Virus record (IMG/VR): IMGVR_UViG_3300002895_000002
Span: 32,001 to 96,000 of that record
DNA: 64,000 bases
From: a virus
Lineage: Duplodnaviria > Caudoviricetes
Strand: one strand, 5' to 3'
Shown: one piece after another, positions 18,010 to 26,923 of the stretch
Numbering within the stretch: position 1 is the stretch's first letter
Layout of the letters: each line of letters begins with the position of its first letter
Notes under the pieces: generated by a model
The model's database searches: none
What the model saw: only the letters and a program-made list of their open reading frames with translations
What the model was told of the DNA's origin: nothing
Translations under genes and position numbers: made by a program

Positions 18010-18910
18010 TTACAGAAGATTCTATCCGGAGAGACCAACCAGGTGTTGAAGAAAGTCTCCGGATAGAATCTTTCTTTTTCAAACCAGGGCTGATATTGAT
18101 TGGAGGGACAACAGTTCCTTTGTTGGCTAGGAGCTGTTTTGGTGATAGGAGATGCTCATTACAGAAATCCCAAAGATCTGCCGTTTTAAATTCCTTACCA
18201 TCAGGGCTGGTTAGTATATAGAGTTTATTTGTTATCCTTATGTTTTTGCCTTGGGTCTTTTCCGGCAATGGGCTGAATTGATTTGGGGCATCATATAGTT
18301 CGGACAACAACCATCCTTCGGTGTTCATGAGACGTTGGACTGAATTTGGTTTGTGTAGGCCCAATGGAATTTCGATTTTTGGGACAACAGATCCAAGATG
18401 AGCCAAGAGATGCTTAGGAGAAAGGGTTAGGTGAGTACACCACTGAATCAGGTCATTGATTAGATATTCATTGCCATTTGGGTCTGTGAGATTGTAGAAT
18501 TTTTTATTGTGTGGTGTCGATCCTTTTATGAATGGTTTCATTCTTTCTCTGATTTGTGGTTGGTTTGTTATTTTCCCTTGATAGTTTGGGTTATTTTCTC
18601 CGGATCGAAACCCAGAACCGCCCGGAATTTGATTATAAGTGTCTGTTCTAGATATAAACCAGTCATCAACAATCATTTTTTCTAGTTCATAGGCGTGTTC
18701 ATCCGATAAAGCTTCGTGAAGAATTATTCGTTCGAAGTTTTCTCGGCCATAAAGTTTGATTGCATCAGAAATTATGGTTCCGGACCCAAGGTATGGATCA
18801 CTTTTGGTATGAGAAGAATGTTTTCCAACGTAGATTTTACCGTTGATCTTATTGCGGATGAGATAAACGAAATGATAGACTGGGTCTTTTTTACCACGAC
18901 GGGAACGCAT
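17996..18910 (-). mobile_element. GIY-YIG homing endonuclease (Seg-like)
   Basis: FVYLIRNKINGKIYVGKH; tandem DNA-binding repeats (LTDPNGNEY / LTSPDGKEF); SD GAGGTG before ATG 18910. Confidence 0.9.
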
Positions 18911-18922
18911 GACATTCACCTC

Positions 18923-19012
18923 AATAAATAGATGTGACGGGGACAGTGGAGTTTCACCTCCTCCATTGGTTGTCAGTGCCACCTGCAACCTTACCTGTTC
19001 CTTTTATTTATC
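18923..19012. ncRNA. structured HEG-leader element, copy 1
   Basis: two hairpins bounded by opposed ATAAATA boxes; 72 nt (18924-18995) identical to copy 3. Confidence 0.7.
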
Positions 19013-19046
19013 ATTTCCCAAAAAATAAAGAAAATAGAGTCAACTA

Positions 19047-19226
19047 ATGAATAAAGAAATGAAGATCAGATGTCAGGTTTGTGGGGAATGGATTCCTGTT
19101 CGTTATATTCACGAGCATGTTGATTGGCAACACCAGGTCAATACTGAATACCATAGTTACATCATGAGTTTAACAATCGAACAGATATTAGAAAATTCCA
19201 AGAATCAATTCCAGATTAGAATTTGA
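19047..19226 (+). CDS. 59-aa C2H2-like zinc-finger protein, copy 1 (absent from ORF track)
   Basis: MNKEMKIRCQVCGEWIPVRYIHEHVDWQH...; paralog at 32502 differs mostly at synonymous sites. Confidence 0.75.
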   Translation: MNKEMKIRCQVCGEWIPVRYIHEHVDWQHQVNTEYHSYIMSLTIEQILENSKNQFQIRI

Positions 19227-19251
19227 CAAGATTTGAGTTCGGTGTTACTGT
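19223..19251 (+). promoter_or_regulatory. sigma70-type promoter overlapping the zinc-finger stop
   Basis: TTGACA (contains the TGA stop)-17-TACTGT with TG. Confidence 0.65.
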
Positions 19252-19270
19252 ATAGAAAAGGAGATGATCC

Positions 19271-19654
19271 ATGGCTAAGCTATTCGATTACATTGACGCT
19301 CTGACCACCAAGAAGCCAATCAAAGAGGACCCGGATGTCTTCCAGAAAGACTTCCAACCGTTTATCATCAATCGAGTGTTTTCGTGTGATAATAACCTGG
19401 TTCTCATCGCCAATCTCTGTAACCAGGGTGGAATGACCAAGGAGATGATCCGGGATCTGTATTATTACGGAGTCCCGAAAGGCAAACGGTTTATCAAGTA
19501 TTCCGCAAAGAAAGAAAAGTCAGACGGACTGATCAAATACCTGATGGACTACTTCGGAGTCAACCAACATACAGCGAAGCAATATGCTGTGCTTCTGGAT
19601 AAGAAAGAGATTGACGAAATTGTCGAGTTTTACGAGAAAAGAGGGAAGGGTTAG
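19271..19654 (+). CDS. clamp loader small subunit (T4 gp62-like)
   Basis: LFDYIDAL, FQPFIINRVFS, YYYGVPKGKRFIKY, YFGVN...AKQY. Confidence 0.85.
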   Translation: MAKLFDYIDALTTKKPIKEDPDVFQKDFQPFIINRVFSCDNNLVLIANLCNQGGMTKEMIRDLYYYGVPKGKRFIKYSAKKEKSDGLIKYLMDYFGVNQHTAKQYAVLLDKKEIDEIVEFYEKRGKG

Positions 19655-19743
19655 TCCAGACAATCGTCAAACCCAAAGTCCGTTCATACGCATGGATTGG
19701 ATGTCCGATTCATAGAAATATTAACCAAAGAAAGGAATGTCAC

Positions 19744-20208
19744 GTGTCACAACCGCAACTCGGATTCACAAGAACAAAAGATGTACAAGCACCAAACCGG
19801 GGAACCCCCAAATCCGCTGGTGTTGATTTCTATGTCCCGGATACCTTCAACGACGGACACCCACTCACTATTCGCCCCGGGGAGCATGTCAAGATTGAGA
19901 TGGGCATCCATGTCCGAATCCCGTCTGGCTTTGCTCTCATTCTGTCCCTCGACAAGAGCGGGATTGGTGCGAAGGGTATCAAGGTCACTGGTGGGGTCAT
20001 TGACGAGGACTACCAGGGTGAGATCATGCTGTTCTTCTACAACATCGGTCAAGAGCCGCAACTCATCAAACCCGGCCAGAAGATTGCTCAAGGCCTGCTC
20101 ATTCCTGTCCTGTACGCAGATGTGGTTGAGTACGAGTACAAAACTGATCTGTATGCCGACCATAAATCCGAGCGTGGTGAAGGCGGCTTCGGCTCGACAG
20201 GAGTGTAA
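19744..20208 (+). CDS. dut: trimeric dUTPase
   Basis: SAGVDF, KSG, GVIDEDYQGE, KIAQ, RGEGGFGSTG. Confidence 0.95.
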   Translation: MSQPQLGFTRTKDVQAPNRGTPKSAGVDFYVPDTFNDGHPLTIRPGEHVKIEMGIHVRIPSGFALILSLDKSGIGAKGIKVTGGVIDEDYQGEIMLFFYNIGQEPQLIKPGQKIAQGLLIPVLYADVVEYEYKTDLYADHKSERGEGGFGSTGV

Positions 20209-20210
20209 CC

Positions 20211-20675
20211 ATGCACGTCGAAGGAATCTACAAGGGTTATGTGGTATTCACCAATGACCGGGAGGGACTAGTGAACCCCCGCTCTATCTACTCATACGAG
20301 AAACCCGGCGCAGTCAAGACCGGCGACATCCGGGTTATCGAAGGGTGTATCTGGTATGTCAGCACCATCGACGAGATCACCGAGGAACGCCGGATGCCGC
20401 TTGAAATGTTCTTGGGACCGAAGCACGTCCGTGACCAGGTGTGGTGGCGCCGGGTTCCTGAAAAGAGCACCAAAGCCATCGAGGACATCCAGCACCGCCT
20501 GGGTGAAATCGAAAACTGGTTGAACAGTCCCGCTCCGTGGTGCACCGTGGATGATGTGAAGGCTCTCATAGCCGATGCCATTACCGCCAACCCGAGCATC
20601 ACCGCTGCTGAACTGGATGAAACCATCCGGCATCATCTGGATACTTACAAGCACAAGGAGCGGACAAATGGCTAA
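20211..20675 (+). CDS. hypothetical protein
   Basis: 154 aa, phage codon usage. Confidence 0.7.
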   Translation: MHVEGIYKGYVVFTNDREGLVNPRSIYSYEKPGAVKTGDIRVIEGCIWYVSTIDEITEERRMPLEMFLGPKHVRDQVWWRRVPEKSTKAIEDIQHRLGEIENWLNSPAPWCTVDDVKALIADAITANPSITAAELDETIRHHLDTYKHKERTNG

Positions 20676-21432
20676 GGTGATCGGTATCGCCGGCAAGATC
20701 GGCAGCGGCAAGGGCTACTTCGCCTCCAAGCTCATCGCTGACCTGAAGAACGACGGGAAGAGCGTGGCCTACACTGCATACGCCGATCCACTCAAGGACG
20801 TGCTCCTCAGGAACTTCGGCCTGACCAAGACTGGCTTCAAGGGGTACTCTCCACTCGACTACCAAGGTGACGGTTACACCAACACCAAGGTCAGGTTACG
20901 GAAGGGACTCTGGCATTGGCACAAGAAGATCGTCAGCTGGGACTTATTGTCATTCCATGATCAACTCAACGAGAGCCGATCGTTTGATGCTCTCTTTGAG
21001 GAACTCTTCGACACCTACGGCCCGAAACTGGTAGGGCTGATGCGGAAGATCGGTGATGCCGAGGCGAACTATGATGACACGTTCCGCCAGATCATCCAGA
21101 TGGTCGGCACGGAGTTCGGCCGTGGCATCAACGAGAACTTCTGGATCCTCGCCACCTTCGCCAAGATCCATGCAGCACTCGAGGGTGGCTTCGATGCCGC
21201 CGTGATCGACGATGTACGCTTCCCGAACGAGAAGACCGAGCTGGAACTCTTCTGTCAGGAGGCGGACTACATCTGCGAGGTGTGGGGTGTTACTGCATCG
21301 GATAAAGTGAGAGCTCAGCGGAGGGGCATGACCGTAAATGCCATGACTGAGTTTGATCAACACGGCTCCGAGCGGTATATTGACGATATCATCGCCACGC
21401 TACCGCCGGAGTTTATTGTGGTGAACGACTAA
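20668..21432 (+). CDS. deoxynucleoside monophosphate kinase (T4 gp1-like)
   Basis: IGIAGKIGSGKG, ADPLK, RQIIQMVGTEFGR, VIDDVRFPNE. Confidence 0.9.
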   Translation: MAKVIGIAGKIGSGKGYFASKLIADLKNDGKSVAYTAYADPLKDVLLRNFGLTKTGFKGYSPLDYQGDGYTNTKVRLRKGLWHWHKKIVSWDLLSFHDQLNESRSFDALFEELFDTYGPKLVGLMRKIGDAEANYDDTFRQIIQMVGTEFGRGINENFWILATFAKIHAALEGGFDAAVIDDVRFPNEKTELELFCQEADYICEVWGVTASDKVRAQRRGMTVNAMTEFDQHGSERYIDDIIATLPPEFIVVND

Positions 21433-21439
21433 ATTGCTC

Positions 21440-22195
21440 TTATTTCACTTTGAATATAGTAGCAGCATGGATCGAAGCAGGTCCATGCTGCTTCAAAATC
21501 CTGCTTCCTTCTGCAATCGTTGATCCAGACGTTAGGAAGTCATCCAGAATGAGAACATGCTTGCCTTGAACTTTCTTGGTCATTTCTGGATCTGCCTTCA
21601 GAAATCCACGAAGGTGTCTCCTCTCATTACCAAGCACCCTCTTCATTTCGAGAGTTTGGTTCCCTTCCTTTTTCAGGCGGTCTATTGTTTTTGTCAGATT
21701 CTTATGTACCTTCTCATTATCGAGATCAGGGCTGATGGTGACATTATCGATGTGGGCCTTATCAAGTGAGCCAGGGTGATAGGAAACACCAGGCATCCGG
21801 GTCATGAGGTGATGGGCAAAACGGTGAACAAGGTCCGACGATGACTTTGGCGTAACAATCATGTCGAACTTTTTGCCCTTGAGGTCTGTGGCGAGAAGGT
21901 GTTGAGCAGTCCTCGAAAGGAAATGTTCCCGGTCCTCATGCTCGAATGTGATATCCGGGTGTTTCCCTTTGAGAGCTTTCATGATATCGCCTGACTGCTC
22001 AATGTCATGCCCAACATGGTAGCTCGAGGAAACAGGAACCTTATCCGTCTGGGTGCTGTGAGTGGAGAACGGTGTTTTCTTCTTTCCCTTCCCGAATTTG
22101 GTTGATATGCCCTCTTGGCTACTGTAGTCGAATTTTAGTTTCCCGTCGACAGTAATGCCCTCGTTGATCTCTATGAATTTTTTGAATGATATCAT
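21440..22195 (-). CDS. phosphoribosyltransferase-fold protein with capsid-targeting-like N-terminus
   Basis: VLILDDFLTSGSTI PRPP loop; starts MISFKKFIEINE; SD GGAGG; late-type box AATAAATA on the minus strand at 22219-22226. Confidence 0.8.
   Translation of the reverse strand: MISFKKFIEINEGITVDGKLKFDYSSQEGISTKFGKGKKKTPFSTHSTQTDKVPVSSSYHVGHDIEQSGDIMKALKGKHPDITFEHEDREHFLSRTAQHLLATDLKGKKFDMIVTPKSSSDLVHRFAHHLMTRMPGVSYHPGSLDKAHIDNVTISPDLDNEKVHKNLTKTIDRLKKEGNQTLEMKRVLGNERRHLRGFLKADPEMTKKVQGKHVLILDDFLTSGSTIAEGSRILKQHGPASIHAATIFKVK
21461..21492. terminator. hairpin between convergent genes
   Basis: AGCAGCATGGATC/GGTCCATGCTGCT. Confidence 0.6.
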
Positions 22196-22230
22196 GTGTC
22201 CCTCCAAAATTATATCCTTATTTATTTCTA

Positions 22231-22259
22231 TTGACATTCTCCTCCTGTTCTGTTATCCT
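22231..22259 (+). promoter_or_regulatory. sigma70-type promoter
   Basis: TTGACA-17-TATCCT with TG. Confidence 0.65.
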
Positions 22260-22287
22260 GTTTATAACATAAAAGGAGGTTCTTATT

Positions 22288-22478
22288 ATGAAAAATCAAT
22301 CCGATTGTTTACGAGATGAAGAAAAGTTCGGCCCATCCGCCGTGCCTGAGACTGAATACATTGGCGAGGGGAACATAAGGGGTTCTTCGGATATACCGGT
22401 GAGGAGTCCAAGCGCATCTGTAAGATCTGTGGTGCGGTTAAGTATTTTTACAACAATGAGGAAGAAGACAATGAGTAA
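22288..22478 (+). pseudogene. small CxxC protein with apparent indels
   Basis: SD AGGAGG; frame reading HKGFFGYTGEESKRICKICGAVKYF ends at TAA 22478. Confidence 0.4.
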
Positions 22479-22770
22479 ACTTGAAACACATTATTTCGAC
22501 TGTATATGTTCCTCACCCGAGCATACCCTCCGCTTCACTCTGGATAAAACACCGAGTGAACCCGAGATGTACGTGGAGGTTTACCTACATGAACGGAGCT
22601 TCCTGTCACGTCTGTGGTATGGCCTGAAGTACATCTTCGGCTATAAGTGCCGCTATGGTGCATGGGACTGCTGGACCCTCAAGTCCGAGGACATCGGCAG
22701 GATGAAGAATCTCCTGGATGTCTACGAGATGCTCGAGAAGGCTCCCAGTGATAAGCCGAAACCCTACTGA
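22471..22770 (+). CDS. hypothetical protein
   Basis: MSKLETHYFDCICSSPEH... Confidence 0.7.
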   Translation: MSKLETHYFDCICSSPEHTLRFTLDKTPSEPEMYVEVYLHERSFLSRLWYGLKYIFGYKCRYGAWDCWTLKSEDIGRMKNLLDVYEMLEKAPSDKPKPY

Positions 22771-22773
22771 TTT

Positions 22774-22802
22774 TTGACAATCACCCCTTCCTGTTATACA
22801 AT
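22774..22802 (+). promoter_or_regulatory. sigma70-type promoter
   Basis: TTGACA-17-TACAAT. Confidence 0.7.
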
Positions 22803-22831
22803 AAGGAATCAACGAACGAAGGAGTCTCACC

Positions 22832-24361
22832 TTGGGAAAGAATTATATCAACGTCTACGAGTCTGATAAAGATGTCATCACCCATGTCTACGTGGAGGAT
22901 GGTGTTCGGAAGGTAGAGAAGGAAATCTTTCAACCGTTTTGTGCTGTCAACTCGGTTGTGCCTACCGGTTGGACTGACATTCACGGAAGAGATGTCAACC
23001 CCAAAATGTTCCGAAGCATGTCCGATTATCGGGCATGGAAGAAAGAAAATGATGGATTGTTTGACATATACGGAGATGTCAAGCCCGAATATCAATTCAT
23101 CGCCAAAAACTACCGAGAAACAATCGTTCCCAACAAAGAGGGAATGAACATCTACAACTTCGATATCGAGGTTGAGGTCCCGCCCGGAAGTGGTTTTCCT
23201 GACACGGAACAGGCTCTGTTCCCAATCAACGCCATCACAATCCAGAACATGGTGAAGGACCGGTACTACTCCTTCGCATACAAGAAACCCAAGGCATTAC
23301 CTGACGGCGTTGACGTTGTCTATGTCCAATGTGAATCTGAGATTGACATGCTGGACAAGTTTCTCAAGTTCTGGACTGACTACCCATGCGACATCATGAC
23401 AGGGTGGAACATCAGAATCTTCGATATTCCCTACCTCATCAATCGTTTGAATAGGGTTTGTGGTTCAAATACTCACCTCAAACTCTCACCGTGTCGGAAG
23501 ATAGGCAAGCATGAGTCAAAGCACATGCCGGGCGAGTTCTACTATGTGATCCGTGGTGTAACGGACATGGACTACATCGAGCTCTACAAGAAATTCACCT
23601 ACGAGTCCAGGGAACGGTATTCCCTCGATTACATCGCACAGTACGAACTCGGGAAAGAGAAGATCAAGTTCAAAGAAGACCACGAAGACCTGTATGAGCT
23701 CTACCATCAGGATTTCACCAAGTTCCTAGCATACAACATCAAAGACGTTGAGCTTGTATCTGACCTGGATAAGAAGCTCAAGTACATCGACCTGGCTCTC
23801 TTCGTTATGTACAAGGCCAAGTGCCTTCCGGAAGATATCTTCGGTACGGTGAAGATCTGGGATTCATACCTCTACAACGTCCTGATGGACCGGAAGATCT
23901 TCTGTCCGCCCAACAAGAGGCACAGTGCTCAAGAATACCCGGGTGGGTATGTTGGTGATCCTGAGGTTGGGATGCATCGTTGGGTCATGGTGTTTGACGT
24001 TGCATCATCTTACCCGAACCAGATCCGATCATACAACATGTCACCGGAAACGATTATTGACGAACACCAGTTGTCCTCTGAATTGAGAGACATCCGTGCT
24101 AATTTTGGATCAATCGAGGGATGCTTAGACCAGGATATCCTCGAGAAGGACAATATAAGTGAAGTTCTTCAGAGACATAACGTTTCAATGGCACCGAACG
24201 GACATTTCTTCGACATATCACAAGAAGGGATTCTTCCGGGTGTGATTGGTGAACTGTTCAATGAAAGAAAATCAGTCAAAAAATCGATGGGTTTATTGAA
24301 GAAAGAATTGGAGGACCTTAGGAGGAAGCTTTCTGATGGCGATTTTGAAATGCAAGATTGA
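22832..24361 (+). CDS. family B DNA polymerase, N-terminal subunit (gp43A-like)
   Basis: ExoI FDIE, ExoII GWNIRIFDIPY, ExoIII YNIKDV, motif A DVASSYP; ends in the fingers helix; TTG start after AAGGAG. Confidence 0.95.
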   Translation: MGKNYINVYESDKDVITHVYVEDGVRKVEKEIFQPFCAVNSVVPTGWTDIHGRDVNPKMFRSMSDYRAWKKENDGLFDIYGDVKPEYQFIAKNYRETIVPNKEGMNIYNFDIEVEVPPGSGFPDTEQALFPINAITIQNMVKDRYYSFAYKKPKALPDGVDVVYVQCESEIDMLDKFLKFWTDYPCDIMTGWNIRIFDIPYLINRLNRVCGSNTHLKLSPCRKIGKHESKHMPGEFYYVIRGVTDMDYIELYKKFTYESRERYSLDYIAQYELGKEKIKFKEDHEDLYELYHQDFTKFLAYNIKDVELVSDLDKKLKYIDLALFVMYKAKCLPEDIFGTVKIWDSYLYNVLMDRKIFCPPNKRHSAQEYPGGYVGDPEVGMHRWVMVFDVASSYPNQIRSYNMSPETIIDEHQLSSELRDIRANFGSIEGCLDQDILEKDNISEVLQRHNVSMAPNGHFFDISQEGILPGVIGELFNERKSVKKSMGLLKKELEDLRRKLSDGDFEMQD

Positions 24362-24505
24362 TGATATTACTCCATGCAAACACAGATGTCATGGTTGTTC
24401 GGAAGGTTTATGGTTTTGTATCCGTTGTCATGCATGGATCAGACCAGCTCAGGATCGGTGGGTATCCTGTCCGAATTGCGGAAACGAAAACATAACATTA
24501 GAACC

Positions 24506-25537
24506 CTAGAGTATCAAAAGTTCAAATACATACCCAGCACTTTTTGTTGCTTCCCATTTAGCATTGTTCCTATCAACATCTTGGGTAGCTGTATATAATG
24601 ATTTTACTTCGATAATAAGATTTTCCGATGGGATGAAAATATCAGGATAATATCGCCGATGTTTTCCTTCAAAGGTGTACATGATTTTGGGTATACGGGA
24701 TTTTTCGACAATGATATCATCCTCTGAATATCACTCAAGCAACAGATCCAGAGCTTTTGGTTCATTACCTTGGACACGAACAATTTTGCCGGACGGAAAT
24801 GTATATTGCTTTTGAGAAAACCAATCCCTCCGGTCAAGATACTCCGGTACGTGCATGTTACTTTCTACTCCGTATCTATCCATTAGACTCTGTCTGCTTT
24901 TTATTCTGAACTCGGGAGTTGACATAAAGAAACGATTCCCGTGGTTTTGTAGGTTTGACTCTTCGACCTTTTGTTGAATATTTTTGTTTTGGAATGGAAA
25001 CTCGACACCATATCTTTCTTGATTTGTTTTGGTAATTCTTGCTCTCAATATAGGGCTATTCATGGGACCAGAGCCACCATACCGTTCAATCATAGTGTCA
25101 GTGCCCTTTTTCTTTATTTCTGGGTTTTTATTATGATGAGACACCCCATATCGTTCTTCACATGTTTGCTTTGCTCCGGATCTATTATTATACGTTTCCG
25201 AACCATGTCTTTCTAGTAAGGTTTGTTTCCGTTTATCATTCCATTCTTTGCCTCTGCTCCGGCAAGAATGTGAACAGTAGGTTTCTTTATAGGGGACAGT
25301 TGCGGAACAGAATTTTGTTATTGGCTGGTTACATGTTGGGCAGATTTTAGGATAATCAGACCAATCGTTTAGGATCCAAACAATCCGCTCTATTATATTG
25401 TCACTTTTACATTTTTGGGTTGATGTGAATATTTCATGTTTTATTTCTTCAGGACATTGTTTGACTTTTGAAGGATTTATGCCTCTGGAATGAAATAAAT
25501 TATTTCTAATAAATGTTTTCAAATCAAGTCCGCTCAT
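24506..25537 (-). mobile_element. homing endonuclease (TnsA-like PD-(D/E)xK) with in-frame TGA at 24731-24733
   Basis: ERYGV/ERHG repeats, CPTC zinc motif; the catalytic YYPDIFIPSENLIIEVKS lies 3' of the TGA in the same frame, which closes at TAG 24506. Confidence 0.8.
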
Positions 25538-25549
25538 GTGATGCCTTTC

Positions 25550-25578
25550 TTGACGACAATGTGTAATCATGTTATTAT
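25550..25578 (+). promoter_or_regulatory. sigma70-type promoter for the polymerase C-part
   Basis: TTGACG-17-TATTAT with TG. Confidence 0.65.
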
Positions 25579-25609
25579 TTATAAAACTTGAACAAAAAAG
25601 GAGTATATT

Positions 25610-26671
25610 TTGACTAAGACAGAAATAGAAAATAGAATCAAGGAGATACAGAATCAGCTGGCCGCAATGGACGCAATGCAACAATCCATAAAAATCCTTA
25701 TGAATAGCGCGTATGGTGCCTTTGGTAACCAGCACTTCCGGTATTTCGATATCCGCATAGCGTCTGGTATCACCACTGCAGGTCAGGTTACGATCCGTGG
25801 AGTGTCTCAATATTGTGAGAGCAAGATACCGTTGCTGTCGAACATCTACAACGACACAGACTCGATCTTTCTGGCCCTGGAGCCGATGGTCAAGAAGCGT
25901 TTCCCGAATGGTGCTTCAATCAAGGAGACAGCAGATTTTATTCTCAAGCTCTCTGATCAGGTTATCTCTCCCACGATAGAGGAATACTTTACCAGACTGA
26001 GCAAGAACCTCAACATGCGAATCTTGACTATATCACTGGAGCCTGAGTGCATCTCAGACGTCTGTTTCTTCAAGGCAAAGAAAAAGTATGCCATGAAGCA
26101 AACCTGGGTAGAAGGGTCGTGGTATCTGGACAAGACTAAGCTGAAGATCAAAGGTATTGAGATTGTCCGGACGTCAACACCTCAGTTCTGTCGGGATACA
26201 TTGAAGAAGGCTGTTGAGCTTATCTTCGAAACCCAGGACAACCAGACAGTGGTTGACTATATCAAGAAGGTTAAGGAAGAGTTCCTTCAGCTCCCGTTCG
26301 AACAGAAGGCCTTCCCGCGTGGAGTGAATGGGATTGATAAGCATCAGATTGGTGGACCCGGCATACCCATTCACGTCAGAGCGGCATTGATCTACAACAA
26401 TGCAATCAAGTCCATGAAGCTAACGAAGAAATATCCCCTGATTGCTGAGGGGAATAAGCTCTTGTTTGGGTTTATCAAGACACCCAACAAGCTCGGGACT
26501 GAGGTTATTGCATGTCCCGAAAAGATGCCTGAAGAGATTCTCAGCATGATTGAGATGGACGATGAGGTTCAATTCGAGAAGGCATACCTCTCCCCGATCA
26601 TGAGTATATTTGAAGCGATAGGGTGGCACTTGGAAAAGAAACAACAGAGCCTGGAAGATTTCTTCGGGTAG
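25610..26671 (+). CDS. family B DNA polymerase, C-terminal subunit (gp43B-like)
   Basis: motif B KILMNSAYG, motif C YNDTDS, KKKYA, KGIEIVRTSTP, C-terminal PIP-like SLEDFFG; SD AAGGAG + TTG. Confidence 0.95.
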   Translation: MTKTEIENRIKEIQNQLAAMDAMQQSIKILMNSAYGAFGNQHFRYFDIRIASGITTAGQVTIRGVSQYCESKIPLLSNIYNDTDSIFLALEPMVKKRFPNGASIKETADFILKLSDQVISPTIEEYFTRLSKNLNMRILTISLEPECISDVCFFKAKKKYAMKQTWVEGSWYLDKTKLKIKGIEIVRTSTPQFCRDTLKKAVELIFETQDNQTVVDYIKKVKEEFLQLPFEQKAFPRGVNGIDKHQIGGPGIPIHVRAALIYNNAIKSMKLTKKYPLIAEGNKLLFGFIKTPNKLGTEVIACPEKMPEEILSMIEMDDEVQFEKAYLSPIMSIFEAIGWHLEKKQQSLEDFFG

Positions 26672-26680
26672 AAAGGAACG

Positions 26681-26923
26681 ATGATGGCTAACCCACCAAA
26701 TTCAGCGAATGGAATAGGAATGTCGTACAATTACAACGAGGGAACATACCACTTCCGGGAAAGTAATATCGACGTGAGTTATATCCCGAAAGAGAAGCTT
26801 GACCCAGCTTTCGTGAATACTGTGGATGCTCTGACAACGGTCATTCGTCATCAACAATCCGAGATTGAGCGGTTGACGAAGATGGTGAACGAGCTCTATT
26901 TTCCAATGAGGAGCCGCGAATGA
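26681..26923 (+). CDS. hypothetical protein
   Basis: SD AAGGA. Confidence 0.65.
   Translation: MMANPPNSANGIGMSYNYNEGTYHFRESNIDVSYIPKEKLDPAFVNTVDALTTVIRHQQSEIERLTKMVNELYFPMRSRE

Noticed and set aside
18940-18995. Known riboswitch or ribozyme (cobalamin/FMN T-loop, hammerhead, twister, HDV) for the HEG-leader element
   Set aside because: GGUGAAA...CUGUCCCCG resembles part of a cobalamin aptamer, but copy 2 lacks that loop and the other core motifs are missing. An Infernal search is needed to exclude this fully.
24361-25610. Intron or intein in the polymerase
   Set aside because: The N-part has a stop, the C-part has its own promoter and SD, the nuclease is antisense, and there are no intein C/HN motifs.
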